Source of the DNA: Macrostomum lignano | Taxonomy: Eukaryota | NCBI GenBank assembly: GCA_002269645.1 | Contig: NIVC01004906.1 | Coordinates: forward strand, 1 to 31,851 | Direction: 5' to 3' | Length of the DNA stretch: 31,851 bases | Notes under the pieces: model-generated | The model's database searches: none | The model's input: the letters and a program-made list of their open reading frames with translations, nothing else | Told to the model about the DNA's origin: nothing | Made by a program: the position numbers and the translations under genes | Shown: positions 1 through 10,020 of the stretch, in pieces | Numbering within the stretch: the stretch's first letter is position 1 | Layout: each line of letters starts with the position of its first letter

Positions 1-82
1 TCGATAGTGAGGGTGGAGCTGGGCGTTTTGGCGAACTCCTGCAGCCGCTTGCGCGCCGTCTGCCTCGCTGATCTTGGCGATT
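1..82 (-). CDS. BRF1: BRF1 coding exon 4 (partial, continues beyond window), apparent 1-nt insertion at 63-64
   Basis: Acceptor CCACAG|A at 83/82. (R)IAKISE-(Q)TARKRLQEFAKTPSSTLTI aligns to the recalled BRF1 [26 protein letters not shown] if one G of GAGGCAG is removed. Confidence 0.85.
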
Positions 83-115
83 CTGTGGCGGGTTTGGGCG
101 GCTTTGGAATTGACC

Positions 116-1010
116 AAATATCCCAATAGGGGATCTTGAGCACAGTGTCAGGCACAAGTATCCAATAGTCGATTTTAAAACAGTGTCAGATACAAATATC
201 ACAATAGGGGGATAATTGGGGATCTTGAGTACAGTGTCAGACACAGACACAAATATCCCAATAGGGGATCTTAAGTACAGTGTCAGACACACAAATATCC
301 CAATAAGGGGATCTTGAACACTGTCAGATACAAATATCCAATAGATGATCTTGAGCACAGTGTCAGATACACAAATATCCCAATAGGGGATCTTAAGTAC
401 AGTGTCAGACACACAAATATCCCAATAGGGGATCTTAAGTACAGTGTCAGACACACAAATATCCCAATAGGGGATCATGAGCACAGTGTCAGACACAAAT
501 ATCCCAATAGGGGATCTTGAGCACAGTGTCAGACACAAATATCCCAATAGGGGATCTTGAGCACAGTGTCAGGTACAAACATCCCAATAGGGATCTTGAG
601 CACAGTGTCAGACACAAATATCCCAATAGGGGATCTTGAGCACAGTGTCAGGTACAAACATCCCAATAGGGGATCTTGAGCACAGTGTCAGACACAAATA
701 TCCCAATAGGGGATCTTGAGCACAGTGTCAGGTACAAACATCCCAATAGGGGATCTTGAGCACAGTGTCAGACACAAATATCCCAATAGGGGATCTTGAG
801 CACAGTGTCAGACACAAATATCCCAATAAGGGGATCTTGAACACTGTCAGATACAAATATCCTAATAGGGGATCTTGAGCACAGTGTCAGACACAAATAT
901 CAGAATTGGGGTAATTGGGGGTCTTGAGGACAGTGTCAGGTACAAATATCCCAATGGGGGATAATCGGGGATTTTGAGCTCTGTGTCAGTTACAAATATC
1001 CCAATGGGGC
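116..1010. repeat. Minisatellite, 40-42 bp unit, about 22 copies, filling BRF1 intron 3
   Basis: Unit AAATATCCCAATAGGGGATCTTGAGCACAGTGTCAGACAC; edge copies are more diverged. Confidence 0.95.
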
Positions 1011-1042
1011 AATAAAACAAAATTTAGAGATAAAATCACAAC

Positions 1043-1322
1043 CTGGCTACATCTTCAACAGTTCGATTATAGTTATGCAACGCCCGGCAACCAGCAGGGC
1101 CGATGCGGCCAGGCCAGCCGGCCGCCTGCCCACCGCAATCCAGTCCTTCTTCATCCGCTGCAGCAGTCGCATTGCGGTGGTTTCCACCTCTCTGGACTTG
1201 TCGCCGAACTCCAATTTCTGAGCGAATCGTTGAATATAGAGGCACGGATCCAGAGCTGGGATGTTGATGCACAGGCGCTTGGCTATCTCAGTGTAGCTTC
1301 GGCCCAGAACGTACACATTTAC
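1043..1322 (-). CDS. BRF1: BRF1 coding exon 3 (second cyclin-fold repeat), with an apparent 1-nt deletion at about 1079-1080
   Basis: Acceptor CTCCAG|GTA at 1323/1322; VNVYVLG...[14 protein letters not shown]...LLQRMKKDW...[14 protein letters not shown]. The conserved continuation [13 protein letters not shown] is in another frame and is restored by one extra T (CGTTGCAT to CGTTTGCAT). Donor AG|GTTGTG at 1043/1042. Confidence 0.92.
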
Positions 1323-1409
1323 CTGGAGTAGGAGCGGTGTGCAAAAAACAGCTGGTAGTTGACCTTTAGCAGGCAACAAAGACTTTAGGGATTGGCTATT
1401 CTAGCAAAC

Positions 1410-2905
1410 ACTACAAAGACCCGGGAAATGAGAATGATTATCTACCCGCTATAAAGACCTGAGGAAAAACTGACTTACAAAGACTTAAGCCAAGGTGATT
1501 TACAAATGGCCAGGTAACAATGACGCAGTGACTTAAACGCTACAAAGACCTCAAAAGCAGTGACCTAAATTCTACAAAGACACAAGAAGCAGTGACCAAA
1601 ATGCTACTAAGACCAAAGAAGCAGTGACCTAAATGCCACAAAGACCCAAGAAGCAGTGACCTAATGGTACAAAGACCCAAAAAGCATTGACCTAAATGCT
1701 ACAAAGACCCGAGAAGCAGTGACCAAAATGCTACATAGACCCAAGAAGCAGTGACCTGAATACTACACAAGAATCGAGAAGCAGTGACCAAAATGCTACA
1801 AAGACCTAAGAAGCAGTGACCGAAATGCTACAAAGACCAAGAAGCAGTGACCAAAATGCTACAAAGACCCAAGAAGCAGTGACCAAAATGCTACAAAGAC
1901 CTAAGAAGCAGTGACCAAAATGCTACAAAGACCCGAGAAGCAGTGACCAAAATGCTACAAAGACCCGAGAAGCAGTGACCAAAATGCTACAAAGACCCAA
2001 GAAGCAGTGACCAAAATGCTACAAAGACCAAAGAAGCAGTGACCAAAATGCTACAAAGACCCGAGAAGCAGTGACCAAAATGCTACAAAGACCTAAGAAG
2101 CAGTGACCAAAATGCTACAAAGACCCAAGAAGCAGTGACCAAAATGCTACAAAGACCCAAGAAGCAGTGACCAAAATGCTACAAAGACCCAAGAAGCAGT
2201 GACCAAAATGCTACAAAGACCCAAGAAGCAGTGACCAAAATGCTACAAAGACCCAAGAAGCAGTGACCAAAATGCTACTAAGACCAAAGAAGCAGTGACC
2301 TAAATGCTACAAAGACCCAAGAAGCAGTGACCAAAATGCTACTAAGACCAAAGAAGCAGTGACCTAAATGCTACAAAGACCCGAGAAGCAGTGACCTAAA
2401 TGCTACAAAGACCGAGAAGCAGTGACCAAAATGCTACAAAGACCCGAGAAGCAGTGACCAAAATGCTACAAAGACCAAGAAGCAGTGACCAAAATGCTAC
2501 AAAGACCCAAGAAGCAGTGACCAAAATGCTACAAAGACCCAAGAAGCAGTGACCTAAATTCTACAAAGACTTGAAAAGCAGTGACCTTAATGCTGCAAAG
2601 ACCCAAGAAGCAGTGACCAAAATGCTACAAAGACCCAAGAAGCAGTGACCAAAATGCTACAAAGACCCAAGAAGCAGTGACCTAAATTCTACAAAGACTT
2701 GAAAAGCAGTGACCTTAATGCTACAAAGACCGAGAAGCAGTGACCAAAATGCTACAAAGACCAAGAAGCAGTGACCAAAATGCTACAAAGACCCAAGAAG
2801 CAGTGACCACCAAAATGCTACAAAGACCCAAGAAGCAGTGACTTAACTGCTACAAGGACCCGAGAAACAGTGACTTGAATGCAACAAAGACCCAGCTTGA
2901 ATGCA
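1410..2905. repeat. Minisatellite, 32-bp unit, about 45 copies, filling BRF1 intron 2
   Basis: Unit AAAATGCTACAAAGACCCAAGAAGCAGTGACC, period 32 (e.g. ACAAAGAC at 1861 and 1893); degenerate units at 1410-1540. Confidence 0.95.
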
Positions 2906-2974
2906 ACAAGGACTCAATGCTCACTAAATCAAGCAACTAAAAAACACGCAAAAAGTAAAATTGGCCACACAAAC

Positions 2975-3292
2975 CTGCAGCAGGTCGCTCAAATCCAGCA
3001 GCATATGATGCGTGCCCTCAGTCCGGCAGACAATATACAAGCAAGCGGCAATAACGTAATTCACCTTCCGGCCTCGAGTCCAGCCGCGGTTCAATATAGT
3101 CCGATAGAAATTATAGGCCATGTCAATCTGGTGCTGCGTCAGGCGCAGCTGGCCGCCAACTTGTTGGAGTCGGCGGCGCGCATTGTTCAGCGTGAGCTGT
3201 CGCGACTCGCGCTGGAAGCCCAGCTTACTGGCCAGGCTGGCGCTGCCCGGCAGGAAACCGGACGAGTCATTGGCCATGAACTGTCCGATCAC
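2975..3292 (-). CDS. BRF1: BRF1 coding exon 2 (first cyclin-fold repeat)
   Basis: Acceptor CCCACCCAG|GTG at 3293/3292 and donor CAG|GTTTGT at 2975/2974. Translation VIGQF...RESRQLTL...[35 protein letters not shown] matches the recalled BRF1 motif TRGRK..[28 protein letters not shown]. Confidence 0.95.
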
Positions 3293-3429
3293 CTGGGTGG
3301 GAGTTGGGATATTTTTGAGAAGGGCAGGAAGGGCAGTCAAGGCCACACAACAGCAATTTCCTCTGATGTACTTTTATAGATTTTTTTACATCTGACTCTT
3401 TTAACTATTCTATAGTACTTCATGTCTTT

Positions 3430-4135
3430 TTTTATCCTACTCAACATCTACTCTCCTATCTACCCTCCTTTCTACTCCAACATCTACTCCCATATCTACC
3501 CTCCTTTCTACTCCAACATCTACTCCCATATCTACCCTCCTTTCTACTCCAACATCTACTCCCATATCTACCCTCCTTTCTACTCCAACATCTACTCCCA
3601 TATCTACCCTCCTTTCTACTCCAACATCTACTCCCATATCTACCCTCCTTTCTACTCCAACATCTACTCCCATATCTACCCTCCTTTCTACTCCAACATC
3701 TACTCCCATATCTACCCTCCTTTCTACTCCAACATCTACTCCCACATCTATCCTCCTTTCTACTCCAACATCTACTCTTCTTCTTATCTAATAGTTACTC
3801 TCCGTTCTACTCCAATATCTACTCTCTTGTCTACACGAACATCTACTCTTCATCTTACTCTAATATTTACTCTCCTTTCTACTCGAACATCTAATCTTTA
3901 TCTTACTCTAATATTTACTCTCCTTTCTACTCGAACATCTAATCTTCATCTTACTCTAATATTTACTCTCCTTTCTACTCGAACATCTAATCTTCATCTT
4001 ACTCTAATATTTACTCTCCTTTCTACTCCAACATCTACTCTTCTGTCCACTCCAACATCTACTCTCTTGTCTACTCGAACATCTACTCTCATATCTATTT
4101 TCCTTTCTACTCGAACATCTACTCTCCTGTCTGAC
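3430..4135. repeat. C/T-rich higher-order minisatellite (12-bp monomer arranged as 36-bp then 48-bp units) in BRF1 intron 1
   Basis: CTACTCCAACAT-CTACTCCCATAT-CTACCCTCCTTT about 9 times (3440-3780), then CTACTCGAACAT-CTAATCTTCATC-TTACTCTAATAT-TTACTCTCCTTT about 5 times; almost no G on the + strand. Confidence 0.93.
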
Positions 4136-4190
4136 TTCCTATCGACCCTCCAATCCACTAGCAGGACTAACAAGCAAGCACACAACCAAC

Positions 4191-4361
4191 CTGAGCACTG
4201 CCTGCGGCGCTGTCCTGAAACTCCACCTCGTTAACAATCATACCCTCCTCGAGCACAGCGCCGCAGTTCATGCAGACTGTGTCGCCTCGTCTTCGATCTT
4301 CGTTGATCTCCGAGCTGCCGCAGTGACGACAGTTGAGTTTCGAGGACGGTTTCGAATCCAT
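4191..4361 (-). CDS. BRF1: BRF1 (TFIIIB 90 kDa subunit) coding exon 1, Zn-ribbon
   Basis: ATG at 4361; MDSKPSSKLNCRHCGSSEINEDRRRGDTVCMNCGAVLEEGMIVNEVEF has the TFIIB/BRF CxxC...CxxC Zn ribbon; ends CAG|GTTGGT (donor at 4190), phase 0, 57 codons. Confidence 0.93.
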
Positions 4362-4544
4362 GGCGGAATGCTTTAATTTATTGAAGCGAAGTTTTGGGGA
4401 TTACAAAAACGAAATAGGGGATAATGCTTTTTCGGATGCCGACGGCAATAGCGGGAAGGGGTGCTTCCTCGCCGATGAGACTGAGAGAAAAGTGAGTTCA
4501 GGCAATCTGAAAGGATAAAACAATGATTGCTTGCTAGTTCGGTA

Positions 4545-5742
4545 GTTTATGGGTGATTCCCTGGGGAAGTTCAGGGGTGATTCTCTGGGGTAGTTTATGG
4601 GTGATTCTCTGGGGTAGTTTAGGGTTGATTCTCTAGGGTAGTTTAGGGTTGATTCTCTAGGGTAGTTTAGGGTTGATTCTCTGGGGTAGTTTAGGGTGAT
4701 TCTCTGGGGTAGTTTAGGGTGATTCTTTGGGGTAGTTTAGGGTTGATTCTCTGGGGTAGTTTAGGGTGATTCTCTGGGGTAGTTTAGGGTTGATTCTCTG
4801 GGGTAGTTTAGGGTTGATTCTCTGGGGTAGTTTAGGGTGATTCTCTGGGGTAGTTTAGGGTGATTCTCTGGGGTAGTTTAGGGTGATTCTCTGGGTAGTT
4901 TAGGGTGATTCTCTGGGGTAGTTTAGGGTGATTCTCTGGGGTAGTTTAGGGGTGTCTTTCTGAAGTAGTTTAGGGGTGTCTATCTGGGGTAGTTTAGGGG
5001 TGTCTATCTGAGGTAGTTTAGGGGTGTCTATCTGGGGTAGTTTAGGGGTGTCTATCTGAGGTAGTTTAGGGGTGTCTATCTGGGGTAGTTTAGGGGTGTC
5101 TATCTGAGTTAGTTTAGGGGTGTCTATCTGGGGTAGTTTAGGGGTGTCTATCTGGGGTAGTTTAGGGGTGTCTATCTGGGGTAGTTTAGGGGTATCTATC
5201 TGGGGTAGTTTAGGGGTATCTATCTGGGGTAGTTTAGGGGTATCTATCTGGGGTAGTTTAGGGGTATCTATCTGGGGTAGTTTAGGGGTATCTATCTGGG
5301 GTAGTTTAGGGGTATCTATCTGGGGTAGTTTAGGGGTGTCTATCTGGGGTAGTTTAGGGGTATCTATCTGGGGTAGTTTAGGGGTGTCTATCTGGGGTAG
5401 TTTAGGGGTATCTATCTGGGGTAGTTTAGGGGTGTCTATCTGGGGTAGTTTAGGGGTGTCTATCTGAGTTAGTTTAGGGGTGTCTATCTGGGGTAGTTTA
5501 GGGGTGTCTATCTGAGTTAGTTTAGGGGTGTCTATCTGGGGTAGTTTAGGGGTGTCTATCTGGGGTAGTTTAGGGGTGTCTATCTGGGGTAGTTTAGGGG
5601 TGTCTATCTGGGGTAGTTTAGGGGTGTCTATCTGGAGTAGTTTAGGGGTGTCTATCTGAGTTAGTTTAGGGGTGTCTTTCTGGGGTAGTTTAGGGGTGTC
5701 TATCTGGGGTAGTTTAGGGGTGTCTATCTGGGGTAGTTTAGG
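4545..5742. repeat. G-rich minisatellite, 23-bp then 24-bp unit, about 50 copies, upstream of BRF1
   Basis: GGGGTAGTTTAGGGTGATTCTCT up to about 4940, then GGGGTAGTTTAGGGGTGTCTATCT. Confidence 0.95.
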
Positions 5743-6160
5743 ATGATACTGTGCAAGCTTATGGCGACTTTTTGGATAGTTAAAGAATCCAACAATGCTT
5801 ATTTCTGTGTATGAAATGAAAAGAAAAAATAAAAAGGCGTTAGCTTTAAAATCAAAATACTGTTCGCTGCAGACGTAAAGCCGGTTTGTATTAAATAAGC
5901 ATTTCCTACTACAGTTCGCAGTGATGATTTGTTAGTAATATTTCATTTTAAAAATAGTTAACAAAGAATAACAAATATAGTTAATCTCAGCATGGCAAAC
6001 ATAGACTGTCTACAATTTCTAAGCTTATAGGTGAAACATTTTATTCGTTATTTTGTGTATGGCCAAAACTGCTAAATCTAACAGTTAAAAAGCTGTTATT
6101 ATTTTTCTTATAGTTTTATAGGAGGGTATATTTTTTTAGTTTTAAATGCCCGCAGCCCAC

Positions 6161-6906
6161 GAGGATCAGCCTGAGCGAGGATCAGACTGAGCAAGGATCA
6201 GACTGAGCAAGGATCAGACTGAGCAAGGATCAGCCTGAGCAAGGATCAGACTGAGCAAGGATCAGACTGAGCAAGGATCAGACTGAGCAAGGATCAGACT
6301 GAGCAAGGATCAGACTGAGCAAGGATCAGACTGAGCAAGGATCAGACTGAGCAAGGATCAGACTGAGCAAGGATCAGACTGAGCAAGGATCAGCCTGAGC
6401 AAGGATCAGACTGAGCAAGGATCAGACTGAGCAAGGATCAGCCTGAGCAAGGATCAGCCTGAGCAAGGATCAGACTGAGCAAGGATCAGCCTGAGCAAGG
6501 ATCAGACTGAGCAAGGATCAGACTGAGCAAGGATCAGCCTGAGCAAGGATCAGACTGAGCAAGGATCAGACTGAGCGAGGATCAACCTGAGCAAGGATCA
6601 GACTAAGCAAGGATCAGCCTGAGCAAGGATCAGCCTGAGCAAGGATCAGCCTGAGCAAGGATCAGACTAAGCAAGGATCAGCCTGAGCAAGGATCAGACT
6701 GAGCGAGGATCAGCCTGAGCGAGGATCAGCCTGAGCAAGGATCAGCCTGAGCAAGGATCAGCCTGAGCAAGGATCAGCCTGAGCAAGGATCAGCCTGAGC
6801 GAGGATCAGCCTGAGCAAGGATCAGCCTGAGCAAGGATCAGCCTGAGCAAGGATCAGCCTGAGCAAGGACCAGCCTGAGCGAGGATCAGCCTGAGCAAGG
6901 ATCAGT
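6161..6906. repeat. Minisatellite, 16-bp unit, about 46 copies, starting 30 bp beyond the CCDC51 stop
   Basis: Unit GAGCAAGGATCAG(A/C)CT, period 16. Confidence 0.95.
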
Positions 6907-6935
6907 CTAATGCAGCATCAACATAGCAAAGCAAA

Positions 6936-7415
6936 TCAGGACAATGAGCCGAATAATTTAACAGTCAAGTAGGCTGCAAAACAGCCCAAAGCGGCGGCAC
7001 TGGCCGCTAGAACTGCTGTTCTTTTCATTCCAATATCGATTAACCGTTCCAGTTCCAGCTGCTTTGCTGCCTCATCAACAGTAGGACTATCTAATAGCGA
7101 TGCCTCAGTACTGTTGCTATCTGTCCTAGCAACAGTAGAATTAGCATTTGCAGCGGTTGCTAACGACGCCAACAGGTTGTTAAGCTGATCGGCTTGTCCT
7201 CGCAACGCCTCTGCTAGTTTCTGATTTTCTTTTGCTTCGCGGAGTCGCAGCCAGCGATGCAGAGAAGCTGCACCAACCCCTAGCAACGTCCCGGCAACCG
7301 AGCCGATCAGTGTCCAGTACTTGGTCCGGTCGCTGTGGGCTCGCTCCTGCTCGTGGCTGGCGCGGAATGCAGCTGACAGCTGGCTAAACTTCTTGCGCTC
7401 CTCGTGCTCGGCAGC
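6936..7415 (-). CDS. CCDC51: CCDC51 / MITOK (mitochondrial coiled-coil K+ channel pore subunit homolog) exon 2
   Basis: Acceptor CGACAG|GCT at 7416/7415, phase 0. EERKKFSQLSAAFRASHEQERAHSDRTKYWTLIGSVAGTLLG resembles the recalled CCDC51 [41 protein letters not shown]; second hydrophobic segment at the C-terminus; TGA at 6938-6936. Confidence 0.88.
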   Translation of the reverse strand, partial: AAEHEERKKFSQLSAAFRASHEQERAHSDRTKYWTLIGSVAGTLLGVGAASLHRWLRLREAKENQKLAEALRGQADQLNNLLASLATAANANSTVARTDSNSTEASLLDSPTVDEAAKQLELERLIDIGMKRTAVLAASAAALGCFAAYLTVKLFGSLS

Positions 7416-7435
7416 CTGTCGGGCGTTGAAGTGCA

Positions 7436-8150
7436 TGAGGTTAGCAGCTAAAGTACGTGAGGTTAGCAGCTAAAGTACATGAGGTTAGCAGCTAAAGTAC
7501 ATGAGGTTAGCAGCTAAAGTACATGAGGTTAGCAGCTAAAGTACATGAGGTTAGCAGCTAAAGTACATGAGGTTAGCAGCTAAAGTACATGAGGTTAGCA
7601 GCTAAAGTACGAGGTTAGCAGCTAAAGTACATGAGGTTAGCAGCTAAAGTACGAGGTTAGCAGCTAAAGTGCATGAGATTAGCAGCTAAAGTACGAGGTT
7701 AGCAGCTAAAGTACATGAGGTTAGCAGCCAAAGTACTGGAGTCTAGCAGCTAAAGTAAATGAGTCTGGCAGCCAAAGTACTGAGTCTTGCAGCCAAAGTA
7801 GAGTCTAGCAGCTAAAGTACACGAGGTTAGCAGCTAAAGTACATGAAATTAGTAGCTAAAGTACATAAGGAAATCCAATAAAGTACAAGTCTAGCAGCCA
7901 AAGTACATGAGATTAGCAGTTAAAGTACACGAGGTTAGCAGCTTAAGTACTGAGTCTAGCAGCTAAAGTACATGAGTATAGCAGTTAAAATGCACGAGTC
8001 TAGCAGCTAAAGTACATGAAATTATTAGCTAAAGTACATGAGGTTATCAACTAAAGTACAAGTCTTGCAGCTAAAGTACGAGGCTAGCAGTAGCAGCTAA
8101 AGTACACGAGTCTAACAGACAAAGTATACGAGTCTAACAGCTAGAGTAAA
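7436..8150. repeat. Minisatellite, 20-22 bp unit, about 33 copies, filling the CCDC51 intron
   Basis: Unit GAGGTTAGCAGCTAAAGTACAT; homogeneous at 7440-7720 and diverging towards 8150. Confidence 0.95.
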
Positions 8151-8207
8151 AAATATATGAACCACAAAATAGTATATATAAATCAAACAATTAAAGCTAG
8201 CAAATAC

Positions 8208-8702
8208 CTGAACTCGCTGAGTTAGACTCTGCTCAGATTTAATTAAATCGTGCTCTCGCAAAATCAATTGCAAATATTTATCTTCTCCTTTCTGATATTT
8301 GTCCATCTCTAATTCAAGCCTGTCGCGTTCCATGCTTAGCGCCTGCTGTTGCTGTTGCAGGGTCCGCCTGTGCTGTTGAGAGTCTAAGAATTTCTCCTCG
8401 GCATTGAGCACAGCTTGTTGAGCTCTACGAACATCGTCTAAACCAATTAGTGATTCGTACCAGCTAGCCAGGGAATTGAAGTATCTCAGCAGGGCGGAAG
8501 AAATGACATTAGTTTGTTGCTGCTGCTCAACTGGCTCCTTCTGCTGCTGCGTTTCTATGGAACTTGCCGATGAAGAATAGTAAGTCACGTGATGGCGCCG
8601 ATAATAACAGTAATGATTATCAAGTCTGCCGAATTTTAACAGACCTCGATTCAATCGAACTGATTGAATAGCACAGACAGAAGAAAGACTGTAGGGTGCC
8701 AT
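8208..8702 (-). CDS. CCDC51: CCDC51 exon 1
   Basis: ATG at 8702 with an Arg/Ser-rich, acid-poor N-terminus (presequence-like). YESLIGLDDVRRAQQAVLNAEEKFL...EDKYLQLILREHDLI is typical of CCDC51. Donor CAG|GTATTT at 8208/8207, 165 codons; spliced product about 324 aa. Confidence 0.88.
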
Positions 8703-8849
8703 GCAAAATAAATATTAATATAATGAAGTAATACGCCACAGCACTACTGCCAGTAGAAAGTAGAAAGTCAAAAAATCTATATAAAACTCATAATCATACA
8801 AATGATAGCACATACAGACGGCCTCTGACAGACTCAGGTGTCCTCAAGC

Positions 8850-9190
8850 ACACTGGGGTGTTTTCTATCACACTGGGTCTCTAATATCCCACTGGGGTAT
8901 CTTCTATCACACTAAGCTGTCCTCTATCACACTGGGGTGTCTTCTGGGCTGTCCACTATCCCACTGGGGTGTCCTCTGGGCTGTCCACTATCCCACTGGG
9001 GTGTCTCTGGTCTGTCCACTATCCTACTCCACTGGGGTGTCCTCTATCATACTGGGGTGTCTTCTGGGCTGTCCACTATCTCATTGAGATGTCCTCTATC
9101 ACACTGGGGTGTCTACTATCACACTGGGGTGTCCACTATCACACTGAGGTGTCCACTATCACACTGGGTGTCCTTTAACATAGGGGGTGT
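8850..9190. repeat. Degenerate minisatellite, about 20-bp unit, upstream of CCDC51
   Basis: Recurrent CACTGGGGTGTC(C/T)(A/T)CTATCA. Confidence 0.85.
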
Positions 9191-9352
9191 TTTTAATACA
9201 CTATAGTTTTCTTTATTTCAAAGGGATAGTTAAAAAGCGTAAATAACAGAGACAAATATATTTAACACAAAACAAAGACAGAAGAAAAAATTTGGGTAGA
9301 TTTTATTTGAAAAGATACTACTAAATGCCACCACTAAACGCGCAAACCATTT

Positions 9353-9361
9353 CACTTCCGG
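9353..9361 (-). promoter_or_regulatory. ETS/GABP-type motif (CCGGAAGTG) in a small CpG patch, candidate CCDC51 promoter
   Basis: CACTTCCGG on + within CGCGCAAACCATTTCACTTCCGGCGG. This is a single short motif, so support is weak. Confidence 0.3.
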
Positions 9362-10020
9362 CGGTACAACAGCAAAAAAACCATGGTGCGAAAAAAATTA
9401 ATGTATTTTAAGAATGTTTTCATATTAAAAAATAAGCACAAACGGACAAAAAATTCAATGTGGAAGACAAAACAACTGTCAGAACAATGGCAAAAGAAAG
9501 AAATTTAGAATTTTTGTTAAAAATTTAAAGCAGCAATGATATGGTTAATAGAATGGAAAAACTGGAGCTTGAATGAAGGCAAAATGAAGACAATCAGCGC
9601 ACGATTCTGCTTTTTTTCAAAAACAAAAATAAGTTTAAATAACAAAAATTGTGTTTGTACTTATTAAAGCGCTATAAATACTACTTATAGCATTCAGATA
9701 AACTTGAATGCGCTACGCTTTTAATGCAATAAGGCAAGTATAGATATTATTCAAGTGTAGAAAGTTCAAAACTTTAGAATGTAGTGCTATTAATAAAAAA
9801 GATTCTTCAAAATGCACTTTTAAACCTGTTATGCATGATTAAATCAACAATAAATCGACTACAATATTATTACAGATTACTATAAAACTAGCAACAGAAA
9901 GTTTCCTTATGGAGTCCTTGGTCAAGGGCTGAATTAGCACGCGTATGTACGTGTATTTTTTGATAATTTTGCAAATCTGCACAGTGACTTAAGCGCTTAG
10001 GCAATTTTTTTAACTCCTTA

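Noticed and set aside
314-520. ORFs inside tandem arrays (also 3422-4234, 3437-3745, 5120-5467, 8937-9206, 10021-10311, 29355-30188)
   Set aside because: They are periodic peptides that simply mirror the repeat unit, and they lie in introns or spacers of other genes.
143-900. CACAGTG (RAG/Transib heptamer) in most 40-bp units
   Set aside because: No ACAAAAACC-like nonamer at 12 or 23 bp and no Transib ORF nearby; likely coincidence.
116-1010. CRISPR-like look of the arrays
   Set aside because: Units are head-to-tail with no unique spacers, there are no cas genes, and the context is eukaryotic.
1043-1080. Idea that the two BRF1 indels form a functional compensated frameshift
   Set aside because: A TAG at 1049-1047 lies in the shifted frame, and the unshifted peptide is the conserved one.
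2879-3395. Plus-strand ORFs 2879-3379 and 3120-3395 (also 4333-4518 and 10385-10657)
   Set aside because: Antisense shadows of GC-rich exons with no recognisable motifs.
4545-5742. TTTAGGG/TTAGGG motifs suggesting an interstitial telomere
   Set aside because: One motif per 23-24 bp unit, never in tandem telomeric register.
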